Assembly (NCBI GenBank): GCA_052034805.1
Contig: JBPOID010000005.1
Coordinates: 1-48,983 of the forward strand
From: Candidatus Tayloriibacteriota bacterium
GTDB taxonomy: Bacteria > Patescibacteriota > Minisyncoccia > Phycocordibacterales > PALSA-1337
DNA: 48,983 bases
Direction: 5' to 3'
Both the position numbers and the translations under genes were made by a program. Below, one piece after another: positions 7,255-16,101 of this stretch; positions within the stretch are counted from its first letter, which is position 1, and every line of letters starts with the position of its first letter. Under the pieces are notes generated by a model. It searched no databases and was not told the DNA's origin. It worked only from the letters and a program-made list of their open reading frames with translations.

Positions 7255-8925
7255 CTATATAAACTTACCCGTCAACATTGCGGACCATTGCTGATGTGGA
7301 TGCAGGGCGACAGGTTTGATGTCTCCCAATCGCTGACCCAATGCAGTGCAGGTAGTTAGATAGACTTGGAATGTATCTTGATTAGGGTCGATCAAATACA
7401 TCTTGCAATGCCCGAGCTGTTCTAACCGACGGCAATAGTCATAGTGGAAGTTTTCCCGAAAGGCAGATTCAATTTCTTGATTCAAATCCCTCAGTACACC
7501 ATCCTCAACGACAGCGCCGTTTACAAACTGAATGAACAATGTATATTCAACGACCTGTACAGATGATCGTTCGGGCGCCACCATCCAGAAACTGGGTTGA
7601 TGACTGATCCTCGAGATCACCTGTCTTATGACGTTGCTGACAAACTGCTCATTGAGCTTCTCTCCGCAGATATCGACAACTTTGTCTTGCTTGCCGACAA
7701 ATCGTATGAGCGGACACTCTGCTTCAAATCCCAAGACCTCGACTACATCGTTGAGCCGGTATCGATAGAGACCGCCACTTGTGGTGACAATCACCGAATA
7801 CTTTTTTCCAACTCCAAGTTCGTGCGCCAACCTGATCGTTTTACTCTCAACTTCTTCAAACTCGAAAAAATGGGAGTTAATCGACAAGGCTGATGCTTCG
7901 CCTCGAAGCGGAAATGACACGAATGCCTCAGTCGCAATCAAACCTTTCGGCTGGATTGTAACATTCGGAAAGTAAGTCCGAAGTTGCTTTACAGCTTCTT
8001 CTGAATTACCATGTGTCCAACAACTGATCAATTTCAGATTTGGCCAGATCGCCTCGTAAAGACATCCGTCTTTTCTGTCTCGGATTCTTTCAAGTTCCTT
8101 AGCGCGTCCCACCGACTTTTTCAGACTATTGCGGATCAACACATCAACTTCAGGTATAACCCCGAGATCAATCGACATCGAGCCAGTCCGTATATCCTCA
8201 ATGAGTTGGTTGAACCATGTCTCAAGAGGACTAAGGAATAAGGTCGCAAAAGTGGGATTCCAGATGGATACCCACGAGAGTGACTTTTCCTGTAACAGGA
8301 AACGAAGCGTGGCATACCTGAACGCATCCATGTCTTGGATGAGAGCAAGCTCCGACGGGGTTGCCATCACAGTTCCGAGAACCCATTGCGTGAGTTTCCC
8401 GAAGTATGATCGCTCGTCGTCAAAGCCTATTGGAATGCCGCCAGATGAGTACCGCTGTCTCTCACCGATCGGAGTGACCGACCAGTAGGCTTTTCCAGCT
8501 AGTATCCGCAAATGGTCTCTCATGAGATGGTACATCCACGGATCGATTCCTTCTTGGAATTCGCTGACGAGTGATGCTGTGTAAGGCACCAGCTTTGATG
8601 CGCTTGTCGAGCCACTCGATACGCCGAATCTCTGAACTGAATCTGCGGTCAGCACATTTTGTGCGCCAGCCGCTATCTCATCAATGTAGGGTTGAACGTC
8701 TTCGTAAGACTGCACTGGTACAGCCCTTTGAAATGCCGCGACAGAATCAATCTTTCCGAAGGAATGCGTTTGACCGAAGTCGGTCTCTGCATTCCGTGAA
8801 AGAAGTCGCTTCAGGATTTTAGCCTGAGTTGCTTCAACATTTTTGCTCGCTCGCCTCCAGATCCTTGTCCTCACAGCTGAGTACAAGAACCATAGGAGGT
8901 TCGCTGTGAGGACTTTTATTTTCAT
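7255..8925 (-). CDS. GH3-family acyl-acid amido synthetase (adenylate-forming)
   Basis: ORF track; AAGGAAA SD. FGVSSGSTSASKLVPYT (AMP-binding S/T-rich loop) and SGGLYRYRLNDVVEVLGF (GH3 signature GLYRYRLGD) are present. Confidence 0.85.
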   Translation of the reverse strand: MKIKVLTANLLWFLYSAVRTRIWRRASKNVEATQAKILKRLLSRNAETDFGQTHSFGKIDSVAAFQRAVPVQSYEDVQPYIDEIAAGAQNVLTADSVQRFGVSSGSTSASKLVPYTASLVSEFQEGIDPWMYHLMRDHLRILAGKAYWSVTPIGERQRYSSGGIPIGFDDERSYFGKLTQWVLGTVMATPSELALIQDMDAFRYATLRFLLQEKSLSWVSIWNPTFATLFLSPLETWFNQLIEDIRTGSMSIDLGVIPEVDVLIRNSLKKSVGRAKELERIRDRKDGCLYEAIWPNLKLISCWTHGNSEEAVKQLRTYFPNVTIQPKGLIATEAFVSFPLRGEASALSINSHFFEFEEVESKTIRLAHELGVGKKYSVIVTTSGGLYRYRLNDVVEVLGFEAECPLIRFVGKQDKVVDICGEKLNEQFVSNVIRQVISRISHQPSFWMVAPERSSVQVVEYTLFIQFVNGAVVEDGVLRDLNQEIESAFRENFHYDYCRRLEQLGHCKMYLIDPNQDTFQVYLTTCTALGQRLGDIKPVALHPHQQWSAMLTGKFI

Positions 8926-8935
8926 TTGGTTTCCT

Positions 8936-9661
8936 TTATTGTTTTACCGATCTGAGCAGTCGTGTCATTGCCGGGGCGAAGTTACCTTGGTTCACCGGCG
9001 CAACACAGACGAGCTCTGTTCCCGAAAGATATGTTCGATTCACTTCGAGAAAGAATCGTATATGTTCGTCAGGTTCTGATGGTGGCACCGCGTCGATGCT
9101 GCCTGGGATAAGGCGCTGTGTCTCCTTTGAGAACATGATGAGTCCCCGATTGGGGTCATAATCTCTAGGATATTTAACCTGCCCGAATGCATCCATGACC
9201 TCCTTGTCGGTTTTTGAGACGTCCGCATCATACTTCGGTGCGAAATGCCTGAAAAAGAATGGCAGAATCTTGTAGGTCCGCCACCCCTTCGAGATCAGAA
9301 TATAATATATTTCCTGACCTAGAGAGGTATGCAGAGCCTTCATGAAGTAGCGCCCGATTTCAATACCGAAGCCAGTGCTACTCCTATATTCCGGAAGGAT
9401 TGTAGTATCCCCCGAAAACACAGCTTTCACTTTTCTTCCTTCGATAGGAAGATTGAGCATCATGAGCGTCGAAAAGCCCACTATCTCTCCATCATGAGTC
9501 TCCTTGCGGAGTAGCATGACAGCTTCTTTTTCTTCAAGGTCTCGGATGAAATCTTGACGACTCACACCGAGAAACTCGAGGGAAAGGAGACCGAACATGG
9601 TAGCCCTCTCAGAGGGCGTAAGCTCGGCAATCTGCTTGGTCTGACTGAATATCTTTGACAT
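8936..9661 (-). CDS. GNAT-like acyltransferase (family uncertain)
   Basis: The ORF track gives 8936..9748. I prefer ATG 9659-9661 (MSKIFSQ...) because of a perfect AAGGAGA SD 5 nt upstream. VFSGDTTILPEYRSSTGFGIEIGRYF resembles the GNAT motif A region. Confidence 0.6.
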   Translation of the reverse strand: MSKIFSQTKQIAELTPSERATMFGLLSLEFLGVSRQDFIRDLEEKEAVMLLRKETHDGEIVGFSTLMMLNLPIEGRKVKAVFSGDTTILPEYRSSTGFGIEIGRYFMKALHTSLGQEIYYILISKGWRTYKILPFFFRHFAPKYDADVSKTDKEVMDAFGQVKYPRDYDPNRGLIMFSKETQRLIPGSIDAVPPSEPDEHIRFFLEVNRTYLSGTELVCVAPVNQGNFAPAMTRLLRSVKQ

Positions 9662-9753
9662 AGGTTTCTCCTTGGTTGAGGTTTTCAAATAACAAATCTC
9701 TAGGGCTATTCCTACCACAAAAATGTGCTTTAGTAAATGTCCAAGCATAAAAA

Positions 9754-9789
9754 AGAGCCTTGCTGTATTTGTGGTACGAACAAGGCTCT
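9754..9789 (-). terminator. terminator/attenuator-like hairpin inside the biosynthetic cluster
   Basis: 9-bp stem agagccttg/caaggctct with an 18-nt loop, starting 1 nt after the stop at 9791. On the minus strand it is followed by a T-run (complement of the A-run at about 9749-9753). Confidence 0.45.
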
Positions 9790-9790
9790 G

Positions 9791-10897
9791 CTACAACGTT
9801 GCAACCTCGAGATGAGCAATCCTTCCGTTTTTGGGAAGCATAGCCTTTTCTCCTGGCCAATGAACGAGGTATATTCTACTTTTAAGCTCTCGCAACGCCA
9901 GACGGCGAGCGACAGTTGAAAGCTTGTTTTCCTCGGCTAGACCGACAAGGAGATAATCATGACCGCGACCCGACCAATCCCGGCACGCTTGGCTTATAAG
10001 CGATTCAAAGACTTCAGTATTGTCGTCTTCGGCACTCACAAACGAGGCGTGTACTGACCGAATCATTTCCCCGATGCTCGGTAGCATCGGAAAACCTCTC
10101 AATCGGGCAATCCCGTTATAGAAAGGCTTGACTGCTTTCATTTGTGCAGAGTAACCAGTGACGATTGTCTGCTTGAATGATTGTTGATCCCAGACACCGA
10201 GAGTTCCTACGACCTTGCCTCTCTTTTTGTAGACATACAAGTCCTTTTTAGAGAAATTCGGAAGTAGTCTAGTTCCACCAGATAAGTCATCCAGCGTGTA
10301 GGCAGGAGCAAACTGGTGACGACCATTCCATTCACTCAGACACTTATGCGCTTGTGGCAAAGTATCTTCGTTGCAGGATAGAACCTCGTGTCGTAACTTA
10401 CGTAACACCCTCTTTCGGATGGGTATCAAATAGGTTACGAACATTCCCACGGGAACATATGTTGGCATCCCTGCTCGTCCGCTTTCGAGGATTTGCTGGG
10501 CGTACCTGTTCTCGTCGAGAATCGTCGTGAAGTAGTAAGGCACTTTTCCATCGCCGTGAAGGCTTTGGAGAAACTTGTACCCTCTGACCAATGTCATACT
10601 ACTTCGAACTTCGGGAAGGAGTCTAAGACTGCTCAGGTAGCCAACGGTTTTTTCCTCACCGTCGACATATAACTTTCGAACACTTCGACCACCGATGCCG
10701 GTGATCGTGCCGTCATTCTGATCTTGATAGACCAGTGTTTGAGACCCCACGCTTCCAGCTTGTTCGGCTATGAAGAATGAGGGTTCGCGGCTGAACGCCA
10801 ACGATACATTACCAGGCATATGGGCTTTGCGGAGAACGGCACGCAATGCGCCGTCCTCCGCTTCGCCCGCTAGCTTGAAACCGAATCTGTTGTTCAT
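9791..10897 (-). CDS. hypothetical 368-aa protein, possibly a two-lobed acyltransferase (FemX/tandem-GNAT-like) fold
   Basis: ORF track; ATGA overlap with the upstream rSAM gene (10894-10897). The function is guessed from size and context only; no motif recognised. Confidence 0.7.
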   Translation of the reverse strand: MNNRFGFKLAGEAEDGALRAVLRKAHMPGNVSLAFSREPSFFIAEQAGSVGSQTLVYQDQNDGTITGIGGRSVRKLYVDGEEKTVGYLSSLRLLPEVRSSMTLVRGYKFLQSLHGDGKVPYYFTTILDENRYAQQILESGRAGMPTYVPVGMFVTYLIPIRKRVLRKLRHEVLSCNEDTLPQAHKCLSEWNGRHQFAPAYTLDDLSGGTRLLPNFSKKDLYVYKKRGKVVGTLGVWDQQSFKQTIVTGYSAQMKAVKPFYNGIARLRGFPMLPSIGEMIRSVHASFVSAEDDNTEVFESLISQACRDWSGRGHDYLLVGLAEENKLSTVARRLALRELKSRIYLVHWPGEKAMLPKNGRIAHLEVATL

Positions 10898-12306
10898 GCA
10901 AGCACACTTTCCCTTTGAACAACTGACACGGGTTGTGGCCGTTGAATGCCTTCTTCAGGCATCCAAATCGGCTGAGGCCGTTCAGGCAGATCGCCGAGTG
11001 GTAGTCTGTCCTTCTGTCCAATTTCCTTCCGGAGAAGGTAGTTGAGCCAAAAGTATCCGCCAGCCTTCGACAACGTAGAGCAGTTACCGACGATGTTTCC
11101 AGCTCTTTTTAGGATACCAGGGTAGCTGTAGAACTTCTTTCTGGCTGCAATGCAGCCTTCATGGAGTTCGTCGGCTGTCATGTTACGCGGTGTAAATGGC
11201 GCATCTCCAAAACGAAAACTTGGAGAGAGCCACCACGCTTCATCAGTCAGCCTGCTTTCGTTCTGGAACTGCTGGTACAGCGGAGTCCCAGGGAACGGGA
11301 TGAGCGGATTGAACGCCCCAATAAAGATCCCGAACTCGAGTGCCGCTTCCACAGTTCTTTGGATATCGTCAGCCGATTCTGAATCGTAGCCGAAGATAAA
11401 CGTGCCGTAGATGGCAATGCCATAGCTGTGCATTTTTTTGATCAACTCCTTGTAGTTTCCCAGTTTGGTGTTGAACTCCTTATTCATGAGCTTCAGTGTA
11501 TCCGCACGAAGGGATTCGAAGCCCACTAGCACTCCCAGACAGCCGCTCAAAGCCATTGCTTCAAGCAGTTCGTCATCTTTGGCCATGGTAAGCGATCCCT
11601 GACCCATCCACTTGACCTTAAGTGGAGCAATTTCCCTGCACAGCTGCTTTGCATGCTTGGGATTCCCAACAAAATTGTCTTCTACGAAGAAGGCAGTCTT
11701 GTGGCGTATTGATCCAACGTCCGCGACAACGCTGTCGATGGGACGTGGGTGGTAGTGCGAGGATGTCGCTGCAGCGATCGAACAAAAGCTGCAACAGAAT
11801 GGACAACCTCGTCCAGTCTCGACATTGCTCATAGGCAGATACTGCCGCGCTCCGAAGATCTCTCTCCGGGGCATGACATACTGGTATGGCTCCGTTTTAT
11901 TCTGGACGTAGCGGCGTTTGAGAGCACCTCGTTCTGCGTCACGGATTACTGTTTCCCAGAGAACTTCCGCGTAGCCGATAAGAATGCTGTCGGCATAGCG
12001 TTGCGTTTCATCAGGAAGCAGCATCACATGATAACCGCCGAGAATAGTTCTCACTCCTCTCTTGCGGTATTCAGCACAGATTTCATAGGCACGCTTGGCT
12101 GTATAGGTTTCGATGGTTACAGCGACAAGATCAGTAGGCTGATCGAAGTCGATTGTTTCCATCCGCTCGTCAAAGTAGGCGAGCTCCACATCGGCGGGCG
12201 TAAGGCCAGCCAACGTTGCGATGGTTAACGGCTCCATCTGCCATGTCCTCACGTATTCGGTCCGCGACTTGCGACCAACGTGAGGGGTAATCAATGTCAC
12301 TTTCAT
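10894..12306 (-). CDS. cobalamin-binding (class B) radical SAM enzyme, COG1032-like, copy 2
   Basis: The ORF track gives a start at 12390. I prefer ATG 12304-12306 (MKVTLITP...), which has an AAGGAG SD and an ATGA overlap with the upstream gene. The motif is GRGCPFCCSFC (CxxxCxxC), with an N-terminal B12-binding-like Rossmann segment and a DUF4070-like C-terminus. Confidence 0.85.
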   Translation of the reverse strand: MKVTLITPHVGRKSRTEYVRTWQMEPLTIATLAGLTPADVELAYFDERMETIDFDQPTDLVAVTIETYTAKRAYEICAEYRKRGVRTILGGYHVMLLPDETQRYADSILIGYAEVLWETVIRDAERGALKRRYVQNKTEPYQYVMPRREIFGARQYLPMSNVETGRGCPFCCSFCSIAAATSSHYHPRPIDSVVADVGSIRHKTAFFVEDNFVGNPKHAKQLCREIAPLKVKWMGQGSLTMAKDDELLEAMALSGCLGVLVGFESLRADTLKLMNKEFNTKLGNYKELIKKMHSYGIAIYGTFIFGYDSESADDIQRTVEAALEFGIFIGAFNPLIPFPGTPLYQQFQNESRLTDEAWWLSPSFRFGDAPFTPRNMTADELHEGCIAARKKFYSYPGILKRAGNIVGNCSTLSKAGGYFWLNYLLRKEIGQKDRLPLGDLPERPQPIWMPEEGIQRPQPVSVVQRESVLA

Positions 12307-13700
12307 ACTGTTACTCCTTCCAATGTTAAGGTTGTCGGTTGATGCGCTACGGAATAATCCGGAGCATTGAACCACGATGTCCCCTCGCAAGGGATAGGCA
12401 TAAATTTGGGATACTTCCTGGCGTACAGGTTATATCCGAGATTCGTACCGATCGATGTAGCGAGGATAAGCGGGTTTAGAGACGCGGCAGATGTCATTAT
12501 CCGCCGTGCGATTGAGGTCATCTTGTACGCCTCGCACCAGACCCTCTTTGTGCCTTCGTAAAGGCGCTCGGGAGTCATGCCTTTCGGTTGAAAGACAACG
12601 TGCTGGCCGTCATACCACTCCCAGTCCTTGCTGATGATGCGGTTTTCCTGATCAAGCTGGCGATACAGTGGTGTCCTCGGGAACGGAGTTGCGATCGCAA
12701 AGCGCGGCAAATCAATGCTGGCCTTGAAAACGAACTCAAGCGTCTCATCAAACACTCCCTCAGTATCTCCATCGATACCGAACACGAAACAGCCGTTAAT
12801 GGCGATCCCATGATCGTGGAGCATTTTAATGCGCCACAGGTTGTCGGCTGGTTTCTGCCAGTATTTTCCCATAGCCTTCAAAGACTTAGGGTTCTGCGAT
12901 TCCAGACCAATCAAGAGACCCCGACAGCCGCTTTTGGCAGCACGCTTCACTAACTGCGGGTTATCCGTGATGTTAAGAGTTGCCAGACCGCCCCAGTATT
13001 TACCGAGCGGAGCAAGCGCGTCACAGAGCTGGCCGAAGTATTCCTGATCAGAGGTAGGCGAGAGATCAATGAGAATGAACGTCTTCCCTGGAAATTCTGC
13101 AACTTCCCGAGCGACATCCAGCGGATCGCGTTGATACTGTTTGGGCCATGCCGTCGGCACGACGCAAAATGTACAGCGATAGACGCAACCACGAGTCGCC
13201 TGCGCAACATTCATGGTCGTGTATTTATCCTTTCTCAACAATTCCCGTCTCGGACGAGGATACCCGTCCATCGTGATTGGCTGCCTGTCATAGCGCTTCC
13301 TGAGCTTTCCTGCAACAAAGTCACGCAGGAGTTCAGGCCACACTTCTTCGGCATAACCATAGACAATGGCGTCTGCATGACGTTCAGCTTCTTCGGGACA
13401 CAGGGTGATATGAACTCCGCCAAGAACGACAGTGATGCCTCGATTCCGAAGAATTCGGCTATACCGGTATGCCTTGGGGGCGTTTCCAGTGATCACTGTG
13501 ATCCCGACGATGTCTGCATCAATAGTTTGAGGATCAAAATCCTCATTGCCTTCATCAACACATCGGACTGACGCATTGAGTTCCGGCGGGATGAGAGCGG
13601 CGAGAGTTGTCAGCGTAAGCGGTGCATACCGCAGACGCTGATCAAACGCGCCATCCTTTGCATAACGAGTCGACTGCGGCATAAGTAATACGATATTCAT
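12303..13700 (-). CDS. cobalamin-binding (class B) radical SAM enzyme, COG1032-like, copy 1
   Basis: ORF track; AAAGGAGA SD; RGCVYRCTFC (CxxxCxxC). Clearly paralogous to copy 2 (VVLGGVHITLCPEEAERHADAIVYGYAEEVW versus TILGGYHVMLLPDETQRYADSILIGYAEVLW). Confidence 0.85.
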   Translation of the reverse strand: MNIVLLMPQSTRYAKDGAFDQRLRYAPLTLTTLAALIPPELNASVRCVDEGNEDFDPQTIDADIVGITVITGNAPKAYRYSRILRNRGITVVLGGVHITLCPEEAERHADAIVYGYAEEVWPELLRDFVAGKLRKRYDRQPITMDGYPRPRRELLRKDKYTTMNVAQATRGCVYRCTFCVVPTAWPKQYQRDPLDVAREVAEFPGKTFILIDLSPTSDQEYFGQLCDALAPLGKYWGGLATLNITDNPQLVKRAAKSGCRGLLIGLESQNPKSLKAMGKYWQKPADNLWRIKMLHDHGIAINGCFVFGIDGDTEGVFDETLEFVFKASIDLPRFAIATPFPRTPLYRQLDQENRIISKDWEWYDGQHVVFQPKGMTPERLYEGTKRVWCEAYKMTSIARRIMTSAASLNPLILATSIGTNLGYNLYARKYPKFMPIPCEGTSWFNAPDYSVAHQPTTLTLEGVTV

Positions 13701-13914
13701 GACAAATCTCCTTTTGTTTGTTGTGTGAGTTGTAAAGGAACAAGAAAATGTACAGGTTCCATCTATAACATACCACAGAATGATTTATTTATGTAGTCAA
13801 AGTCAAAAATAATCCCAAGATGCTTTATCCACTTTCTTGCATAGCCCTTTAGAACAATTCATTGTATAATTAATCAATATTTAATGGCGAATTTTAATAA
13901 AATAAATTAATAAT

Positions 13915-14343
13915 ATGCAATCAAAAACATCGTTAGGGATATTCAAGGCGTTGGCTTGGTTTGTATCGATTTATCATTTCATACTTGGAATACTAGCAAT
14001 ATTTGCTCCGGCAAGTATGGTCGTGCCAATAGTAAATACTATCTATGGTGTTAATCCGAACATAGATGCTCAATTTCTGTATATGGTCAAGTTTATCGGT
14101 GCCTACATGATCATGTTCGCCGTTGTAACTGCAATTCTTGCATATAAACCAATCGAGTATAAAAAATTAGTATGGATACCAATTGGTCTATTTGTTATTC
14201 GTATTATTGAGAGACTTTTATTTTTTGGTCTTCTAAGTGAAGCATTCAATATAACTTTTGCACAAGATCTTCGAGTGATGATACCTATTACAGTTCTTGC
14301 AATAGCTCTATATTATTTCAGACCACGAACTTCAATAGTGTAG
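13915..14343 (+). CDS. four-helix small membrane protein (paralog of 15643..16056)
   Basis: ORF track. Shares H-[FL]-x-x-G-x-L-x-x-F-x-P near the N-terminus and P-x-x-Y-K/x-x-W with the other copy. Confidence 0.65.
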   Translation: MQSKTSLGIFKALAWFVSIYHFILGILAIFAPASMVVPIVNTIYGVNPNIDAQFLYMVKFIGAYMIMFAVVTAILAYKPIEYKKLVWIPIGLFVIRIIERLLFFGLLSEAFNITFAQDLRVMIPITVLAIALYYFRPRTSIV

Positions 14344-14367
14344 GTAATGAAGATGTTCCTAAGTAAA

Positions 14368-14387
14368 AGAGACGCTATGGCGTCTCT
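14368..14387. terminator. bidirectional terminator between convergent genes
   Basis: agagacgc-tatg-gcgtctct, flanked by aaaa on the 5' side and tttt on the 3' side. It lies between 14343 (+) and 14392 (-). Confidence 0.6.
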
Positions 14388-14391
14388 TTTA

Positions 14392-15633
14392 CTATACAAT
14401 TCTAGGATTACCATATTTACGCACCGATCGAAGAAGTAGTGGTACGAGTGAAGATATAATGATCAACAAACCTGACCAAAGAAAAACATGTCCAAGATAC
14501 TTTTCCATCACATGTCCTGCTATTAGTTCTGATACAGGATTCAATCCAATTGATGAGAAAATGAGTATGCCCATCGTTCGGCCCATCATTTCAGGAGGAG
14601 TATTCTTTTGCACTATTGTAATGAACGAAATCATTACATACCCAGCCGCAACTGCGCTTAAGAAACTTACAAGCATAAACTGTGGTGTCGTCTGCGCATA
14701 AGCGAACAATGAAAAGAAAACTCCAATCAAACTGGCTATCACCAACAGATAGATTGAAGGATTTCTTTTGGGAGTTAAAAATCCTGCCAAGGCATACCCA
14801 ACGAGAGCACCAATTCCCCATGCAGAAACAATAAATCCAAAGGAATATGCGCCTGCCAATTGATTTTTCGCTATGAGTGGCATTCCCACAAGAAAGGGAC
14901 CAATGACGCAGAAATTTACTAATGTTGCCGCAACTAAAATATATCTGAGTCCTTTATGCTTCCAAACAGAAATCAAACCCTCCTTAAGCATTCCCGCAAA
15001 TTTTTCCGTACTCTCAATAAATGAGGTGCTTTTTATCAAGCGCAATGTCATCAATGAAACAATAAATGTCAGAGCATCGACGAGCATAGCAATACCGATT
15101 CCATTATATGCATGTGTCCTATATTCAATAAAACCAATAAGCGATCCGACAATAAACGGGCCAATAAATTGAGATAGTTGTGTCAGTCCTTGGATGAGAG
15201 TGTTTCCGATTCCAAGCACCTCCTTTGAAACAATGTGTGGGACAAGACTAGATCGAGCTGGTATAAAAAAGGCGTCAAAAATGCCAAATAGTAAGGCGAT
15301 TGTGTAAATCATCCATAGTTCAATTTTGCCAGTAAGAATAAGAAATGCTAATAAAAGTACCACACAAAAACGCGTAGCATTTGAGACGAGCATGACCGCT
15401 CGAGGAGAAAAACGATCAATAACTGTCCCACTCACGAACATGAGAATTGCTCTTGGAAAACCAGAAAGAGCAAGTACTGTTCCTACTGCAATACTACTCC
15501 CAGTCATTCTGGCGACTAACCATGCGAGACCAACAAATGTAAATTGGTCACCAATATTTGAAATTGTCTCACCCCAAAAAAGTAGTTTGAAATTTCTATT
15601 CCTGAATAATGTTTTGAGTCGTCCTTTATCCAT
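14392..15633 (-). CDS. MFS transporter (DHA3/EntS-like efflux type)
   Basis: ORF track; about 12 hydrophobic helices. The N-terminus FRNRNFKLLFWGETISNIGDQFTFVGLAWLV is typical of this MFS subgroup. Confidence 0.8.
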   Translation of the reverse strand: MDKGRLKTLFRNRNFKLLFWGETISNIGDQFTFVGLAWLVARMTGSSIAVGTVLALSGFPRAILMFVSGTVIDRFSPRAVMLVSNATRFCVVLLLAFLILTGKIELWMIYTIALLFGIFDAFFIPARSSLVPHIVSKEVLGIGNTLIQGLTQLSQFIGPFIVGSLIGFIEYRTHAYNGIGIAMLVDALTFIVSLMTLRLIKSTSFIESTEKFAGMLKEGLISVWKHKGLRYILVAATLVNFCVIGPFLVGMPLIAKNQLAGAYSFGFIVSAWGIGALVGYALAGFLTPKRNPSIYLLVIASLIGVFFSLFAYAQTTPQFMLVSFLSAVAAGYVMISFITIVQKNTPPEMMGRTMGILIFSSIGLNPVSELIAGHVMEKYLGHVFLWSGLLIIISSLVPLLLRSVRKYGNPRIV

Positions 15634-15642
15634 AATAGTTGG

Positions 15643-16056
15643 TCATCTATAATAGACAATCTGTGCAATAATTATTGAGACGCATAGTAATATAAGACCA
15701 ACATGCGAAAGATTTCTTTTTCGAGCAAGTTTTAAAGATAATGTTGCTTCTTTCTGAAATTTCAAGCGATATACAAGTCTCATCAAAAGTAGAATAACCA
15801 AGGCACCGAGTATCCAAATATATTTTTTGGGATCAAGGACTGGAAGCAGTCCTACAAGTCCTGCAAAGATACCGAGAGCACCCCACGGTTTAAGTATGAT
15901 GAGATATTCCTTTGTTTCTGGAATTTCTGCACCGAATAACTTCGAGTATGTCTTTACGGCTCTCCCAGGGAAAAACATTCCCAAGGCTCCTGTAAAAAGA
16001 TGGTCTGCTGCAAGCAGAACCAAATTCAGAGCAAAAAGAAACTTAATTATAATCAT
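15643..16056 (-). CDS. four-helix small membrane protein (paralog of 13915..14343)
   Basis: The ORF track lists 15643..16074 from a TTG. ATG at 16054-16056 (MIIIKFLF...) is more likely. Confidence 0.6.
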   Translation of the reverse strand: MIIIKFLFALNLVLLAADHLFTGALGMFFPGRAVKTYSKLFGAEIPETKEYLIILKPWGALGIFAGLVGLLPVLDPKKYIWILGALVILLLMRLVYRLKFQKEATLSLKLARKRNLSHVGLILLCVSIIIAQIVYYR

Positions 16057-16101
16057 TACTAAATAATACAACAAAATAGAAATTTTTGGTATACTTGGAC
16101 T

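Larger units (their letters stand above)
3655..13750 (-). mobile_element. integrase-bearing, GC-richer genomic island carrying a biosynthetic operon (boundaries approximate)
   Basis: Composition visibly switches from AT-rich to GC-richer near 3.68 kb and back near 13.75 kb. A tyrosine recombinase sits at the left end, abutting a displaced gene-3' remnant. No flanking direct repeat was found at the right end. Confidence 0.45.

Noticed and set aside
13803-13862. 19-aa Cys-containing micro-ORF (MNCSKGLCKKVDKASWDYF*) upstream of the radical SAM operon; considered as a RiPP precursor.
   Set aside because: It has no SD and lies in AT-rich, promoter-like DNA where short ORFs arise by chance. The rSAM enzymes show no recognisable peptide-recognition or SPASM features. 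Only peptide detection would make it worth revisiting.
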